DNA of 64,000 nucleotides. It comes from Candidatus Shapirobacteria bacterium. GTDB taxonomy: Bacteria; Patescibacteriota; Microgenomatia; UBA12405. A program made the position numbers and the translations under genes. The notes below the pieces were generated by a model that saw only the letters and a program-made list of their open reading frames with translations, ran no database searches and was not told where the DNA came from. Every line of letters starts with the position of its first letter. The first letter of the stretch is position 1. Shown here piece by piece: positions 28,929-39,095 of this stretch. Location: positions 90,774-154,773 of the forward strand of contig JACPHO010000001.1 in the NCBI GenBank assembly GCA_016188545.1, written 5' to 3'.

Positions 28929-29133
28929 TTTCCTTGAGCGTATATTCTGGATATTCTAAGTAATTAATACAATCAATTGTTCGAAAGTCCTCCCATTTCT
29001 CGAGCCATAGTAGACAGTCCTCGTAAGTTCTTGATATAAAATCCTTGTAGTTGTGACCTGAGAATGTAATAAATTTACACTCAGAAGTCAAGGGAGCTTT
29101 TTTTGTTAGAGCCCGTCCTTGACACGTTTCCAC
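28906..29133 (-). CDS. hypothetical small protein
   Basis: 75-aa ORF between the SWIM and AbiEi genes. Weak. Confidence 0.25.
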   Translation of the reverse strand: METCQGRALTKKAPLTSECKFITFSGHNYKDFISRTYEDCLLWLEKWEDFRTIDCINYLEYPEYTLKEINHFLHF

Positions 29134-29156
29134 AAACTGTCTAATATTGACAGTAT

Positions 29157-29747
29157 ATGGAATCGTATAGTTTAAGCCTATTGACTAAAAAGTTGCTGGA
29201 ATCCGGCCTGACTCTCGTAAATTCTCAAACTTTAAGAAGTCTCCTGGGAATAAAAAATGAAAGGACCTATTATCGCATAGTCAAAGACTTTATAAAAAAC
29301 AATGTCCTCATAAGTATTGAAAAGAATAAATATTCTATTACTGGTAAAAGTATAAATACTTTTGAAATAGCCAATTTTCTTTACCAACCTTCTTATGTGT
29401 CCCTTGAAACAGCTCTCAATCATTGGGGTGTTTTGTCCCAGTTTCCCTTCGAAATTACAAACATCACTTCCAAGAAAAGTGTCAAAAAAAATATTGATGG
29501 CAAAATATATAGCTACAATCATATAGCACCCAAGTATTTCGGTATGTTCACCAAAAAAAATAATATATTAATTGCCCTCCCTGAAAAAGCCCTCTTCGAT
29601 CAGCTCTATTTGGCCTCGAAAGGTCTTAAATCAATTAATTTTGATGAATACGACTTTAAGAAAATTAGCAAAAATATTTTTTTTGATATTTGTCATCAGT
29701 TAAAAGCCGATCAAAGCTTAATGAACTTAGTTAAAAACCTTAAATAA
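29157..29747 (+). CDS. AbiEi-like antitoxin / transcriptional regulator (type IV TA)
   Basis: 196 aa with an N-terminal wHTH-like region. Sits 4 nt upstream of an AbiEii-family gene, in the canonical AbiEi-AbiEii arrangement. Confidence 0.55.
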   Translation: MESYSLSLLTKKLLESGLTLVNSQTLRSLLGIKNERTYYRIVKDFIKNNVLISIEKNKYSITGKSINTFEIANFLYQPSYVSLETALNHWGVLSQFPFEITNITSKKSVKKNIDGKIYSYNHIAPKYFGMFTKKNNILIALPEKALFDQLYLASKGLKSINFDEYDFKKISKNIFFDICHQLKADQSLMNLVKNLK

Positions 29748-29750
29748 TTT

Positions 29751-30518
29751 ATGTTAACTACAAATCAATTAAAAGATTTTTCAAAAATACTAAAAATAAA
29801 TGACAGTGTTGTGGCTCGGGAATATATTCAAACACTATTTCTAAAAGAATTATATGAAGAAAAATATAGCCAAAATATATTTTTCAAAGGGGGTACAGCC
29901 ATTAGACTAATTTTTGGTGGCTCCCGTTTCTCTGAAGATTTGGATTTTACAGTTAACGAAAATATCGAAGACTTTAACAATTTTATTAATAAGTTTTTCC
30001 GGAAAGTAAATAAGTTACATGGATTTACATTTAAGAAAAGAATTACAATTACCGGACTAAAGTATTTACTCACTGCTAATTCGGATAATGCGAATCATTC
30101 GGTATTTATCAGTCTTGATTTTTCATTTCGGGAAAAAGTTTTAAAACCTGATCAATCAATAATTATCACCCCCTATCCGGTAATTTTTACTTCTTTTGTC
30201 AGACACCTGTCAGCTGAAGAAATCACCGCCGAAAAAGTTCGTGCTATCATGACCAGAAATAAAGGCCGTGACATTTATGACTTATGGTTTTTATTAAGTA
30301 AAAATATTTCTCTAAAAAAAGATTTAATAGAGGAAAAACTTAAGTATTACCAAATTAAGTCCTTTGATCAAAAAGCATTAATGGACAGAATAAGAGTTTT
30401 TAATCGTGACAAATTCGTGCTTGATTTAAGGCCGTTTGTTCCCATCAATGAGAGGGCTAAACTGCCCGACTTTTTTGATTTCACCCTGGCTTTCATAAAG
30501 ACAAAATTGCATTCCTGA
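29751..30518 (+). CDS. AbiEii/AbiGii-family nucleotidyltransferase toxin
   Basis: FFKGGTAIRLIFGGSRFSEDLDFT nucleotidyltransferase motif (GS...D.D) characteristic of DUF1814/AbiEii. Confidence 0.8.
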   Translation: MLTTNQLKDFSKILKINDSVVAREYIQTLFLKELYEEKYSQNIFFKGGTAIRLIFGGSRFSEDLDFTVNENIEDFNNFINKFFRKVNKLHGFTFKKRITITGLKYLLTANSDNANHSVFISLDFSFREKVLKPDQSIIITPYPVIFTSFVRHLSAEEITAEKVRAIMTRNKGRDIYDLWFLLSKNISLKKDLIEEKLKYYQIKSFDQKALMDRIRVFNRDKFVLDLRPFVPINERAKLPDFFDFTLAFIKTKLHS

Positions 30519-30600
30519 TTTCATCCATGGCGTTGAGCACTTCTTCCATCTGACTATTATGATGAAACTATTCTCGAATCTTTTAACGGTATAATGGGAT

Positions 30601-31056
30601 ATGTTAATTAGGAATGTTGATAAAAATGATTTTGAGTCAATTAAAGAAATAAAACCTGTAATTGATTCGGTGACATTCGACGATCGGATTTTGCGACAGG
30701 CAAAAGGTGATGTAGATTTTTTGGTTTTGGAAGATAATGGAGATTTAAAATGTTTTGTGTTACTCAAGTGGAAAGGTAAAGATACCCACCCTGAATATCC
30801 TGATATTGAAGATCTATATACAAAAGCGTCAGAAAGGGGCAAAAAATATGGGTCAACACTAATTGCAGAATGTGAAAAAATGGTAAGGGAAAAAGGATTT
30901 AATAAAATTGGGTTGGCTGTAAATCCTAATGAAAATTGTTCAGCTCACAAACTTTATAAAAGGTTAGGTTTCAATGATACAGGCGAAAAAACTTATATTG
31001 ATGGTGTTTATAATGGAGTAGAGGATTGGTGTATTGATATGGAGAAATCCATTTGA
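30601..31056 (+). CDS. GNAT-family N-acetyltransferase
   Basis: Acetyl-CoA binding region GSTLIAECEKMVREKGFNKIGLAVNPNENCSAHKLYKRLGF. Confidence 0.8.
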   Translation: MLIRNVDKNDFESIKEIKPVIDSVTFDDRILRQAKGDVDFLVLEDNGDLKCFVLLKWKGKDTHPEYPDIEDLYTKASERGKKYGSTLIAECEKMVREKGFNKIGLAVNPNENCSAHKLYKRLGFNDTGEKTYIDGVYNGVEDWCIDMEKSI

Positions 31057-31125
31057 TAGTTCTAAAATTATTCCTTGTCCGAGAGTATTTGTACTACCGT
31101 AGGCATGCGAGTCCCAAAATCTCAT

Positions 31126-31884
31126 CTAACCCAGTAGTTGCCTGGCAAGAAGCTTTCGTTTATAGACGTAAGTCATCCCCAACACCACAATCAATACATA
31201 CAGTACTGGGTAAAACATCGATCCATCAAGCGGCGAGCTTGGTTGTCGCAAAAAATGGATGATTAATCTACATGCGCTAAACCATGTCCAAAAAATTATC
31301 GTCGCCGCTCCGTTTTTCATTTTCCTCTTTAAGACAATCGTCGCTATCATCGACCCCATCAGTGCCGCTATCAATTCATAAATTTGTGTCGGGTGTACCG
31401 GATGCACTTCAAAAATTTCTCCACCCTCTTGTCTTAGCTGATATATATGAGCTGGACTAAAAGGAGCAAACTTTACTCCCCAGGGTAGGGTAGTTTCAGT
31501 TCCAAAACAGCAGCCGTGTAAATAGCACCCCACCCGTATTAGAGCAATTCCAATCCCTACAAATGGTGTCGTCACATCCGCCAGCTTTATTGGATTAATT
31601 TTTAGTAGCCTCGCGGCCATAAACCCCATAGCCATGGCCACCATTATTCCGCCATAAAGCGAAAAATTATGAAAATTCCAATCCCAATAACTAACTTTAT
31701 TATTTTGCAAATTAGTCAATACATACAATCCTCTAGCTCCCACAAATGCTCCAGTCGCGGCCATCAAAAGTGTTATAAGCACTTTCACCCCCGCCATTTT
31801 TCGCTTAGTTGCCGCCACTCCAGTCCCACCCACCACTACTACCGCAGCCAGTATACAAAAAGTCGAGTAAGGCCACAGTTCCAT
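31126..31884 (-). CDS. lgt: prolipoprotein diacylglyceryl transferase
   Basis: Lgt signature HPTQIYE and Gly/Cys motif RVGCYLHGCCFG. 7 TM helices. Confidence 0.9.
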   Translation of the reverse strand: MELWPYSTFCILAAVVVVGGTGVAATKRKMAGVKVLITLLMAATGAFVGARGLYVLTNLQNNKVSYWDWNFHNFSLYGGIMVAMAMGFMAARLLKINPIKLADVTTPFVGIGIALIRVGCYLHGCCFGTETTLPWGVKFAPFSPAHIYQLRQEGGEIFEVHPVHPTQIYELIAALMGSMIATIVLKRKMKNGAATIIFWTWFSACRLIIHFLRQPSSPLDGSMFYPVLYVLIVVLGMTYVYKRKLLARQLLG

Positions 31885-34010
31885 TATTGTTTGGTCAATG
31901 ACAAACGCATTGTTGCCTTAAAAAAATTGACTACACTCGCCCGCATTGTCCCGCTCATTTTATACGCACTACCCTCGACCGACGGGGTCAGGCTGATTGT
32001 CGCCACCACTCCTTTTTGGGTCATTGTCGCTCTAATTACTCCATTTTCATAGACAAAAGGCATGGCTTGGGCATTCTTACCACTGCCGCCGGTTATCGTT
32101 CCACCGGTTTCTCCCGATGGGCTCAAACTGAACTGCGCCTCCTGTTCTTTACCTATCCCACTCTTAGCATTCTTTTTTACATCTTCCCAGTCGATTTTGT
32201 CAAAATCCAGTTCCTCACAACCTTCCTTTTTCAGTTCGTCCTTAACTGTCTGGGGTACTTCATCGGGTATTTCCATGTCCGTTGTTACGCTCGTCCCTTT
32301 CCACACTCCGGCCAAATCGGCTAGTTTTGGATACATCATTATTCCAAATCTATCCTGTAAAAATTTGGCATATTCATCCTTCCCTTTTTCCCCACTAAAA
32401 TAAATCCTTGTCCCCTGTACCAAGTCCTCGAGCGATAATTTTCCGTCCACCAATAGTCCAGTCTTATCGGTTATTTCTCCTCGCTTGGTGTCCTTCATCA
32501 TTTTTTGGGCAAAATGCCACAACACATCCAGTTTATTTTCGTAGTCAAACCCCTTATCTAATCCGGATGGCCCCAGTGTCGAATCAAAAAAGTTGGCTTT
32601 CTGAAAAGCGTCCACGATTGCCCTAAGTCTTTCTTCTTCGGCAGCAAATTGCGCTTCCTTTTCTTCTCTTAGTTTGAATTGTTGTTTAAAAGTATTTTTG
32701 ACACTATCCCTTATCGCATCTTTTTGCTCATCAGTCAGTCCTTTCATACCCGCTTCAATTCGGGCATTATTCTCTTTTTCTATCGCCTCAATTTCCAGTT
32801 GTCTTCTTATTCCTCTCATCTGGTCCCACACCGAGTCAAAATCACCCTTATCTACATCGTAGCCATAGAAAAATGCCAAAGACCCCTGTTTATAGGCCAT
32901 ATATGCCGCTTCAACTTCGGAATTTTTCCAGCTGTCAATTTGCGACTGGGCCACAATAATTGCAATTTTTCCAGCAGTAGTAATCAAAAATTTATCAGCA
33001 ATTTGTTCCCCAATTATTTTGGCCGCGTCTTTATATTGCCCCTCAGCCGCATATCCCGCTGCTTTGGCCAAGGCCTGGATATCCCCAGGGGACTCGCCAG
33101 CAGCATAGCGCTTGGCCGCATCTTCAAAAAATACTTTTGGTATGTGCTCGGCAATCTTCCCTCCCACGATCATGGCAATTTTCTTGTGGGCTTCGTATGG
33201 GTCGCCGGTTCCGTAGAATTTACTAATTTCCTGATAACTCGGGTCCTTCATCAATTCTTCCCGTACTTTGTCTCTGGCAGATTTATCAACAATTCCCATT
33301 TTATCCATGGTCATTGCCATAATTTTTTCTGCCGCCTGGTCGGAGGCACCATTCAGGTTTCCGGTTAGCTGACTACCCACAGCAGTAGTATGAATCCACT
33401 TGGCGGTTACCACTCCTTGGTTATTCACACTCGCCGGACCATAGGTCGAAAAATGATAAGTCCCCAGCACCATCGTTCCGTTTTGGGTATCAATCTTTTC
33501 TGGTTTAATGTATTCCCATTTACTCCCATCGTAATAGGCTATCCGCAGTTTTGATTTATCACTTTCCTCCTTCAGAGTTGCTGGGTCAAATTTAAAAGTA
33601 ATTAGCGCTTTTTCGTTCAACCGTGCATTACCACCTCCGGCATTTATTTCTATCGGGGAGCCCAATACATCAATTTCGTTTTTATCATAATCTGGTACTT
33701 TTTCCGGAGTCGCCAGGTTAATCTCCATCTCTCCATCAAACGATCCCTTGGCTACCGCCACGGCTACTTTGTTTACCCCAATATCTCCCAACTTAGTCTC
33801 ATTTTCTTTGCCGGTCTTGGCCTTCAATGGCTCAGCTATCGTCTTTTCATACTGCCACTTGGTGGTTGGGTTTTGGCTAGTTATCGGTGCTTTCTTGCCA
33901 TATTTTGAAAAAGCCACTATTCCCCCTATGGCTAATATGATTACTCCACCTATCATGCTTATTTTCTTCACTTCACCGCAATTATATACCTTATGTAATT
34001 TAAACAACAA
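31884..34010 (-). CDS. large membrane-anchored/secreted hypothetical protein, co-transcribed upstream of lgt
   Basis: 708 aa. N-terminal TM anchor. Long Lys/Glu-rich extracytoplasmic region. Single-nt overlap with the lgt start. Confidence 0.55.
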   Translation of the reverse strand: MLFKLHKVYNCGEVKKISMIGGVIILAIGGIVAFSKYGKKAPITSQNPTTKWQYEKTIAEPLKAKTGKENETKLGDIGVNKVAVAVAKGSFDGEMEINLATPEKVPDYDKNEIDVLGSPIEINAGGGNARLNEKALITFKFDPATLKEESDKSKLRIAYYDGSKWEYIKPEKIDTQNGTMVLGTYHFSTYGPASVNNQGVVTAKWIHTTAVGSQLTGNLNGASDQAAEKIMAMTMDKMGIVDKSARDKVREELMKDPSYQEISKFYGTGDPYEAHKKIAMIVGGKIAEHIPKVFFEDAAKRYAAGESPGDIQALAKAAGYAAEGQYKDAAKIIGEQIADKFLITTAGKIAIIVAQSQIDSWKNSEVEAAYMAYKQGSLAFFYGYDVDKGDFDSVWDQMRGIRRQLEIEAIEKENNARIEAGMKGLTDEQKDAIRDSVKNTFKQQFKLREEKEAQFAAEEERLRAIVDAFQKANFFDSTLGPSGLDKGFDYENKLDVLWHFAQKMMKDTKRGEITDKTGLLVDGKLSLEDLVQGTRIYFSGEKGKDEYAKFLQDRFGIMMYPKLADLAGVWKGTSVTTDMEIPDEVPQTVKDELKKEGCEELDFDKIDWEDVKKNAKSGIGKEQEAQFSLSPSGETGGTITGGSGKNAQAMPFVYENGVIRATMTQKGVVATISLTPSVEGSAYKMSGTMRASVVNFFKATMRLSLTKQ

Positions 34011-34144
34011 ATATTGCTCATTACGTTGAGTTTGCTTACCTACTGAGATGGAGGAACAATTGAAAGCAATAGTTAACTCTTACTTGTGGCAATACCATAT
34101 TTAGGTCCTTGTTTACTGTGTTAAACCAAATATAATTAAGAGTA

Positions 34145-35446
34145 ATGGAAGCAAAATTTACATTTGTTGACTTATTTGCTGGTATCGGTGGCTTTAGGAT
34201 GGCGTTGCAAAGGTGCAGCGGGGAGTGCTTGGGATTTTCCGAGATAGACAAAAATGCCATCGCAACTTATGAAAATAATTTTATCGATTCAGTCTTTGAA
34301 TGGAACTTGGGCGATATAACTAGAGTGGGTAAATTACAAAGTCAGGTGGATATGCTTGTTGGAGGAGTGCCTTGCCAATCATGGTCTGTAGCAGGGAAGA
34401 AACTTGGATTTGACGACCCAAGAGGTAAATTATGGCACGACGCAATAAGATTAGTTGAAATCAATCGTCCAAAAGTTTTCATATTTGAAAACGTTAAGGG
34501 TTTGGCTGATCCGAGAAACAAAAGGAATCTGTTACTTATTGTAAGCGAATTGGAAAAGGCCGGATATTCAGTCGCAAAACCCCAGCTTTTGAACTCGTAT
34601 GATTTCGGACTGCCGCAAAATCGGGAAAGGATTTTTATAGTGGGATTCAGGAACGATGTTAAATTAAAGGTGCCCTTCAGTTATCCGAAACCTATGGGTA
34701 CAACTCCGAGACTTTACTCATTCTTGGATGGAGTAAAAAAATCTGAATTCAAAAAAAGTAAAGTCGATCCGAAAGTCCTATTTGATGGAAAAATACCATT
34801 TTCAAGAAACAAGTTCCAAAAAAGTGATGAGTTGAATGATTTCTTTATCTTTTGTGACACTAGAAATGGTCATTCAACAATTCATTCGTGGGATTTAATT
34901 GAAACATCGGAAAAAGAAAAAAACATTGGCATGACTTTCTTAAAAAATAGAAGGAAAAAAATATATGGAAACAAGGATGGTAACCCAATGTCTTTTGATG
35001 ACTTAAAACGCTTGATTCCGGATTTGACCCACTCTGATTTGACTGGATTGGTTGAAAAGAAAATTATTAGAATTGTCGGTGATAAATTCGACTTGGTTAA
35101 TTCAAAGAACTCATCCGGAATAAATGGTATCTATAGGATTTTCCTTCCCGATTCGAACATATTTTCAACACTTACTGCCACGGGCACAAGGGATCATGTC
35201 GCCACTGAGACGGTAACCGGGGAAAATCCGAAGGAATTCAAGTCCTTATTTATAAAAAACATATACAATGCCGGAAAATATAGGATGCTCACCCCAAGTG
35301 AGGCCGGGCTCTTGCAAGGCTTTGTCGGTTTTAAGCCTCATCCGTCTGCAAGTGTGGCCATGAAACAATTTGGAAATGCCGTGTCGGTAAATGTTGTCGA
35401 AAACCTAATGTTGTCAGTCCTTAAAACGGGTATCTTCGAAAAGTAG
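34145..35446 (+). CDS. DNA (cytosine-5)-methyltransferase
   Basis: Motif I FVDLFAGIGGF. Motif IV GGVPCQSWSVAGK. Motif VI FIFENVKGL. Motif X QFGNAVSVNV. Confidence 0.95.
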   Translation: MEAKFTFVDLFAGIGGFRMALQRCSGECLGFSEIDKNAIATYENNFIDSVFEWNLGDITRVGKLQSQVDMLVGGVPCQSWSVAGKKLGFDDPRGKLWHDAIRLVEINRPKVFIFENVKGLADPRNKRNLLLIVSELEKAGYSVAKPQLLNSYDFGLPQNRERIFIVGFRNDVKLKVPFSYPKPMGTTPRLYSFLDGVKKSEFKKSKVDPKVLFDGKIPFSRNKFQKSDELNDFFIFCDTRNGHSTIHSWDLIETSEKEKNIGMTFLKNRRKKIYGNKDGNPMSFDDLKRLIPDLTHSDLTGLVEKKIIRIVGDKFDLVNSKNSSGINGIYRIFLPDSNIFSTLTATGTRDHVATETVTGENPKEFKSLFIKNIYNAGKYRMLTPSEAGLLQGFVGFKPHPSASVAMKQFGNAVSVNVVENLMLSVLKTGIFEK

Positions 35447-35463
35447 GGTGATATACTTGTCAT

Positions 35464-36165
35464 GTGAATACCAAATACAGTGAAGAAGTTTTAACCAAGC
35501 TTAAGGCTTGGATGAAAGAGAGTTTGATTAAGAACCACTATGCCAACACCTTAGCACTAAAAGATCCCAACAAACTTGATATAAATCCGTTTACTACACC
35601 ATATTTGTCATATTTCTTGACCGGCAAAGTCGATGCAGAGGGTTTGGCTAAAGTAATGGTGTATCCAAGGTCACTTGGTACATCAATTTCGACCTCATTT
35701 GGATCAGGTATACAGAAATTTATTGTAAAGAATTTAAGCGCCGATGGTTCAATGATTGATGGGATTGATTTCCAGTTTGACGATAAAGTTGATGGAAGAA
35801 GGAAGTATTGTCAGTTGAAGTCTGGGCCTAATGTATTAAATTTTGACGATGTTACAACAATCAAAAATCATTTTGTGCAGGCTTTGAGAAGAGCAAGAGA
35901 AAATCACGTACCAATAGTCCATTCCGATTTAGTCCTATGCATAATTTACGGAAGTGACGCCAAACTTAACTCTTTTATTAAGAAAGTAAAAGAGGATTAT
36001 GATGTTTATATTGGTAAAGAGTTTTGGTATAGGTTGACTGGTGATCCAGACTTTTATGACAAAGCCACAACTGCGATGCTTGAGATAGCCAAAGAATTAG
36101 ACATGGACGGAGTTGTGGAGAATGTTGTCAAGGAGTTGTCCTCCAATTTAAAATTTAGAAAATAA
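35464..36165 (+). CDS. putative type II restriction endonuclease partner of the m5C MTase
   Basis: 233-aa ORF 18 nt downstream of the MTase. Candidate PD-(D/E)xK-like stretch IDGIDFQFDDKV...YCQLKSG. Assignment by context and weak motif only. Confidence 0.4.
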   Translation: MNTKYSEEVLTKLKAWMKESLIKNHYANTLALKDPNKLDINPFTTPYLSYFLTGKVDAEGLAKVMVYPRSLGTSISTSFGSGIQKFIVKNLSADGSMIDGIDFQFDDKVDGRRKYCQLKSGPNVLNFDDVTTIKNHFVQALRRARENHVPIVHSDLVLCIIYGSDAKLNSFIKKVKEDYDVYIGKEFWYRLTGDPDFYDKATTAMLEIAKELDMDGVVENVVKELSSNLKFRK

Positions 36166-36352
36166 CTTTTTGGAAATGTTTTCAAGTTAAACAAGGTCAA
36201 GTTTGATACTACTACTCCAGTTAATGTAGTTCCGAGGCGAGTGTTAAGACAGCTCGATAGGACAGCAATATCGAGTTCACTTGCTGGGAGAGGAGTCAGT
36301 AACTACTCGATGAAATAGCGTCCCATTAATTTTGACTGTCGGAGCACTACCC

Positions 36353-37141
36353 TTACTCACAATACTCACTCTCCCTTCCACTCGTACCATCAGACGACGG
36401 TAATGCCAATACTTTTACCCTGTCTTCAACCGAAATCCAGTCAAACCAACACACGGCATATTGATATGTTTCCGAGGTATGGGCAGCCGCCCACGCAGGA
36501 TCTTGGGAGGCTTTGTTTTTCTGTCGATAGTCGTACACTCCCCAGTCCAAAAAAGTATTGTTGCCATTTTTACTGGTGCCGTTTTTGGTCATCCCGACTG
36601 CCGTCGCGATCACTTCCCCCGCTTTTATTTCCATCGGAGGATTTACCTGAGTAGTTCGCGAGTCCATACCTTGTGGTAAGGGAAACTTATTGGCAATTTC
36701 TTGAAATTTTGGTGACAGGGTTAATAGGTGTCCCAGTCGGTAGCGGATCCCGCACGAGTTCTCAAAATCAAAAGTATATTGAATATCCCCCGTGTTGACT
36801 GGATACCTTGCTCCGGCTATCACCTTAGCATCTATCGGCGCCTTGACTACAATGTCGCTCGGAAGAGAATTCTCAAATCTAAATCCTCCGTGAGCTTTGA
36901 ATTCTCCTCCTCGAATCTGACCAGGGTACAGCACCGAGGTTACTCTATCGATCTCAATTGGTAAGGGGAAAATAAATGGATCTGGACATGTTGGCCTCTC
37001 ACCGCTATATATTGTTCCAAATTCTTCACGATTAAAGACTGGTGATCGACCCGATTTTAAAATAACTCCTCCGGCAACAAGAATGGCCGCGGCAGTAAAT
37101 CCAATAATAATTAAAATTCGTTTTTGTCGCCCAATCATCAC
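36353..37141 (-). CDS. secreted/membrane-anchored hypothetical protein
   Basis: N-terminal TM/signal anchor ILIIIGFTAAAILVAGGVIL, then a soluble domain. Confidence 0.5.
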   Translation of the reverse strand: MMIGRQKRILIIIGFTAAAILVAGGVILKSGRSPVFNREEFGTIYSGERPTCPDPFIFPLPIEIDRVTSVLYPGQIRGGEFKAHGGFRFENSLPSDIVVKAPIDAKVIAGARYPVNTGDIQYTFDFENSCGIRYRLGHLLTLSPKFQEIANKFPLPQGMDSRTTQVNPPMEIKAGEVIATAVGMTKNGTSKNGNNTFLDWGVYDYRQKNKASQDPAWAAAHTSETYQYAVCWFDWISVEDRVKVLALPSSDGTSGRESEYCE

Positions 37142-37230
37142 TTCATCTTATCAGGTTAACACTTGGTAATTTAAGTTTCAAAATAAATTCAACCAGTCTT
37201 AACTCAATATACGATTTTGCCACATAGCCA

Positions 37231-37287
37231 GGTGTTGTTACCAAGCAACACCCTTGACTTTTTTAAGTGTTGTATGTAATATACAAC
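37231..37287 (+). promoter_or_regulatory. XRE promoter with two inverted-repeat operators
   Basis: IR1 GGTGTTG-n8-CAACACC (37231-37253). TTGACT (37254-37259), 17 nt, TAATAT (37277-37282). IR2 GTTGTAT-gtaat-ATACAAC (37269-37287) overlaps the -10 box. Confidence 0.5.
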
Positions 37288-37301
37288 AGAGCAGGATTTA
37301 G

Positions 37302-37679
37302 TTGTTTAGTATGGAGGGCGATATGAACTTTGGCGAATTTATCCGCAATAAACGATTGAGTTTAGACAAATCCTTAAGAGAATTTTGTAAAGAAACTGGT
37401 TACGATGTCGCTTATGTCTCTAGACTAGAAACAGAGATTATGACGCCACCAGCAGAAGAAGACAAACTTGCAAAATTAGCTTTGGCTTACCAAATAAAAA
37501 ATGATTCTGAGGATTGGCACCAATTTATGGACCTTGCATCTATAAGTAACAAACAGTTACCAAAAAACTTAGACGCAAAGGTTATTAACTACCTTCCGGC
37601 ATTTTTTAGGAAAGCATCCAAAAAAGAAATAACCAAAAAAGACGTTGAAACGCTGGTGAATTTGATAAAAGGTAAATAA
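37302..37679 (+). CDS. XRE-family HTH transcriptional regulator
   Basis: HTH_3-type motif LSLDKSLREFCKETGYDVAYVSRLE. Confidence 0.8.
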   Translation: MFSMEGDMNFGEFIRNKRLSLDKSLREFCKETGYDVAYVSRLETEIMTPPAEEDKLAKLALAYQIKNDSEDWHQFMDLASISNKQLPKNLDAKVINYLPAFFRKASKKEITKKDVETLVNLIKGK

Positions 37680-37685
37680 CTGGGC

Positions 37686-38298
37686 ATGATTCCTTATCTA
37701 GATAATGACACCATCTTTCACAAAGCAAATGATTTTCTATCAAAATACCACATCTCATTTGACTGCCCTATCCCAATTGATTTGATAGCCGAAAAAAGCC
37801 TCGGCTTAACCATCTTTCCAGTTACCAATCTTGAAAGGTATTGTGAAGTCCATGGTGGAATAAGTAGGGACTTCAAGACAATTTTGGTTGACGAAAAGCA
37901 ATATAAACCAAGAATACCGAACTAGGTTTACAATTGCTCACGAAATTGGGCATCTTGTCCTACACTCCGGCTTATTTTCTGAAATATCCAAAATATCAAC
38001 CGACAAAGAGTATATAGATTTCCAAAATCATATTAGTATCGACGATCATCGAAAACTCGAAATTCAAGCAAATTTCTTTGCCGAAGAGGTTTTGTTTCCA
38101 AAGGATGTTTTTAGAGAAACCGTAGAAAAAGTTATTGGAGAACTAGGCGGTATTGACAAATTATTGCCAACTGATTTAAGTTTAGTTATGTCTACAATAG
38201 AAAAGGGATTCGGTGTTACTGGTATTGCGGCATACAATAAATTCAAGCGAGATTATCCAGAAGTGCTTGACAGAGTGCTCGTTAATTCTCCCTTTTAA
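37686..38298 (+). pseudogene. ImmA/IrrE-family metallopeptidase, frameshifted
   Basis: 37686-37925 frame ends ...ILVDEKQYKPRIPN*. The +1 frame continues NINQEYRTRFTIAHEIGHLVLH (HEXXH) to 38298. Together they match the ImmA layout. Confidence 0.7.
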
Positions 38299-38354
38299 TA
38301 CTGCATCCTTAAACAATCAAATCCGATCTACCTATTACTAACTACAATCTCATT

Positions 38355-39032
38355 GTGCCACCCACACTCTCCAAAAAACTCTCTTGGTTGCTTCTTATTT
38401 CTCTTTTTACTTTCGACGCCGGCATTTCTTACTGGGCTGTTGTCTTTAGAAACGCCCATGAAGCCAACCCGGCGATTAAATCTATCGTCGAAACCTACCC
38501 ACTTCTTTACTTTCTCACTGTTCCAGCGCTCATCCCAATCATGTATCTAGTTTATAAAGCCCTGTACTTATTGGTTCACAAGTTATTCAATAATGTCAGT
38601 CAAGAAATCACCGAAATAGTTATTCTAACAGCACTCGTCATTTACTGGATTCTTGGCAACTCATCCATCAACCTCCTCTTCTTATTTGGGTACAAACAAG
38701 AATCCTATATCTGGTATCAAACTGCTATCCTTGCCATTATTCCCGCCACTATTTATTCAGTACTTATTTTGAAAAGACAGTCGGGAAAAACATTTGATGA
38801 GAACATAGGACTTACAGATTTGGTGTCCATAATTAGAGTTCCGAAAAAGCCACATTCAAAAAAACATAAAAGTGATTTGGAAATGATAAAAGGGGATAGG
38901 GTTGGTCGAGATGGTAGAAAAGCATTTGTTTATCAGGTAGTTGACAGAAGAGACAACCATTATAAAAAATTTGTTAAGGTGGGTGACAAGGTGATAAAAG
39001 ACGTTGATGGCAGGCTAAAAGATCACCAATAA
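38355..39032 (+). CDS. membrane protein, hypothetical
   Basis: 5-6 TM helices then a basic C-terminal tail. Confidence 0.45.
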   Translation: MPPTLSKKLSWLLLISLFTFDAGISYWAVVFRNAHEANPAIKSIVETYPLLYFLTVPALIPIMYLVYKALYLLVHKLFNNVSQEITEIVILTALVIYWILGNSSINLLFLFGYKQESYIWYQTAILAIIPATIYSVLILKRQSGKTFDENIGLTDLVSIIRVPKKPHSKKHKSDLEMIKGDRVGRDGRKAFVYQVVDRRDNHYKKFVKVGDKVIKDVDGRLKDHQ

Positions 39033-39095
39033 TAAGTTTGCATTAATAGACTCAATTTTTTGTCCCTCCATCCACCAACTTGATATAATATCTCA

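Noticed and set aside
32016-33368. Plus-strand ORFs of 100-230 aa (32016..32324, 32062..32403, 32679..33368 and others) opposite the 708-aa minus-strand gene
   Set aside because: They are low-complexity, Ser/Phe/Leu-rich antisense translations of a long confident ORF. The same applies to antisense ORFs inside dcm, the P-type ATPase and the acetyl-CoA synthetase.
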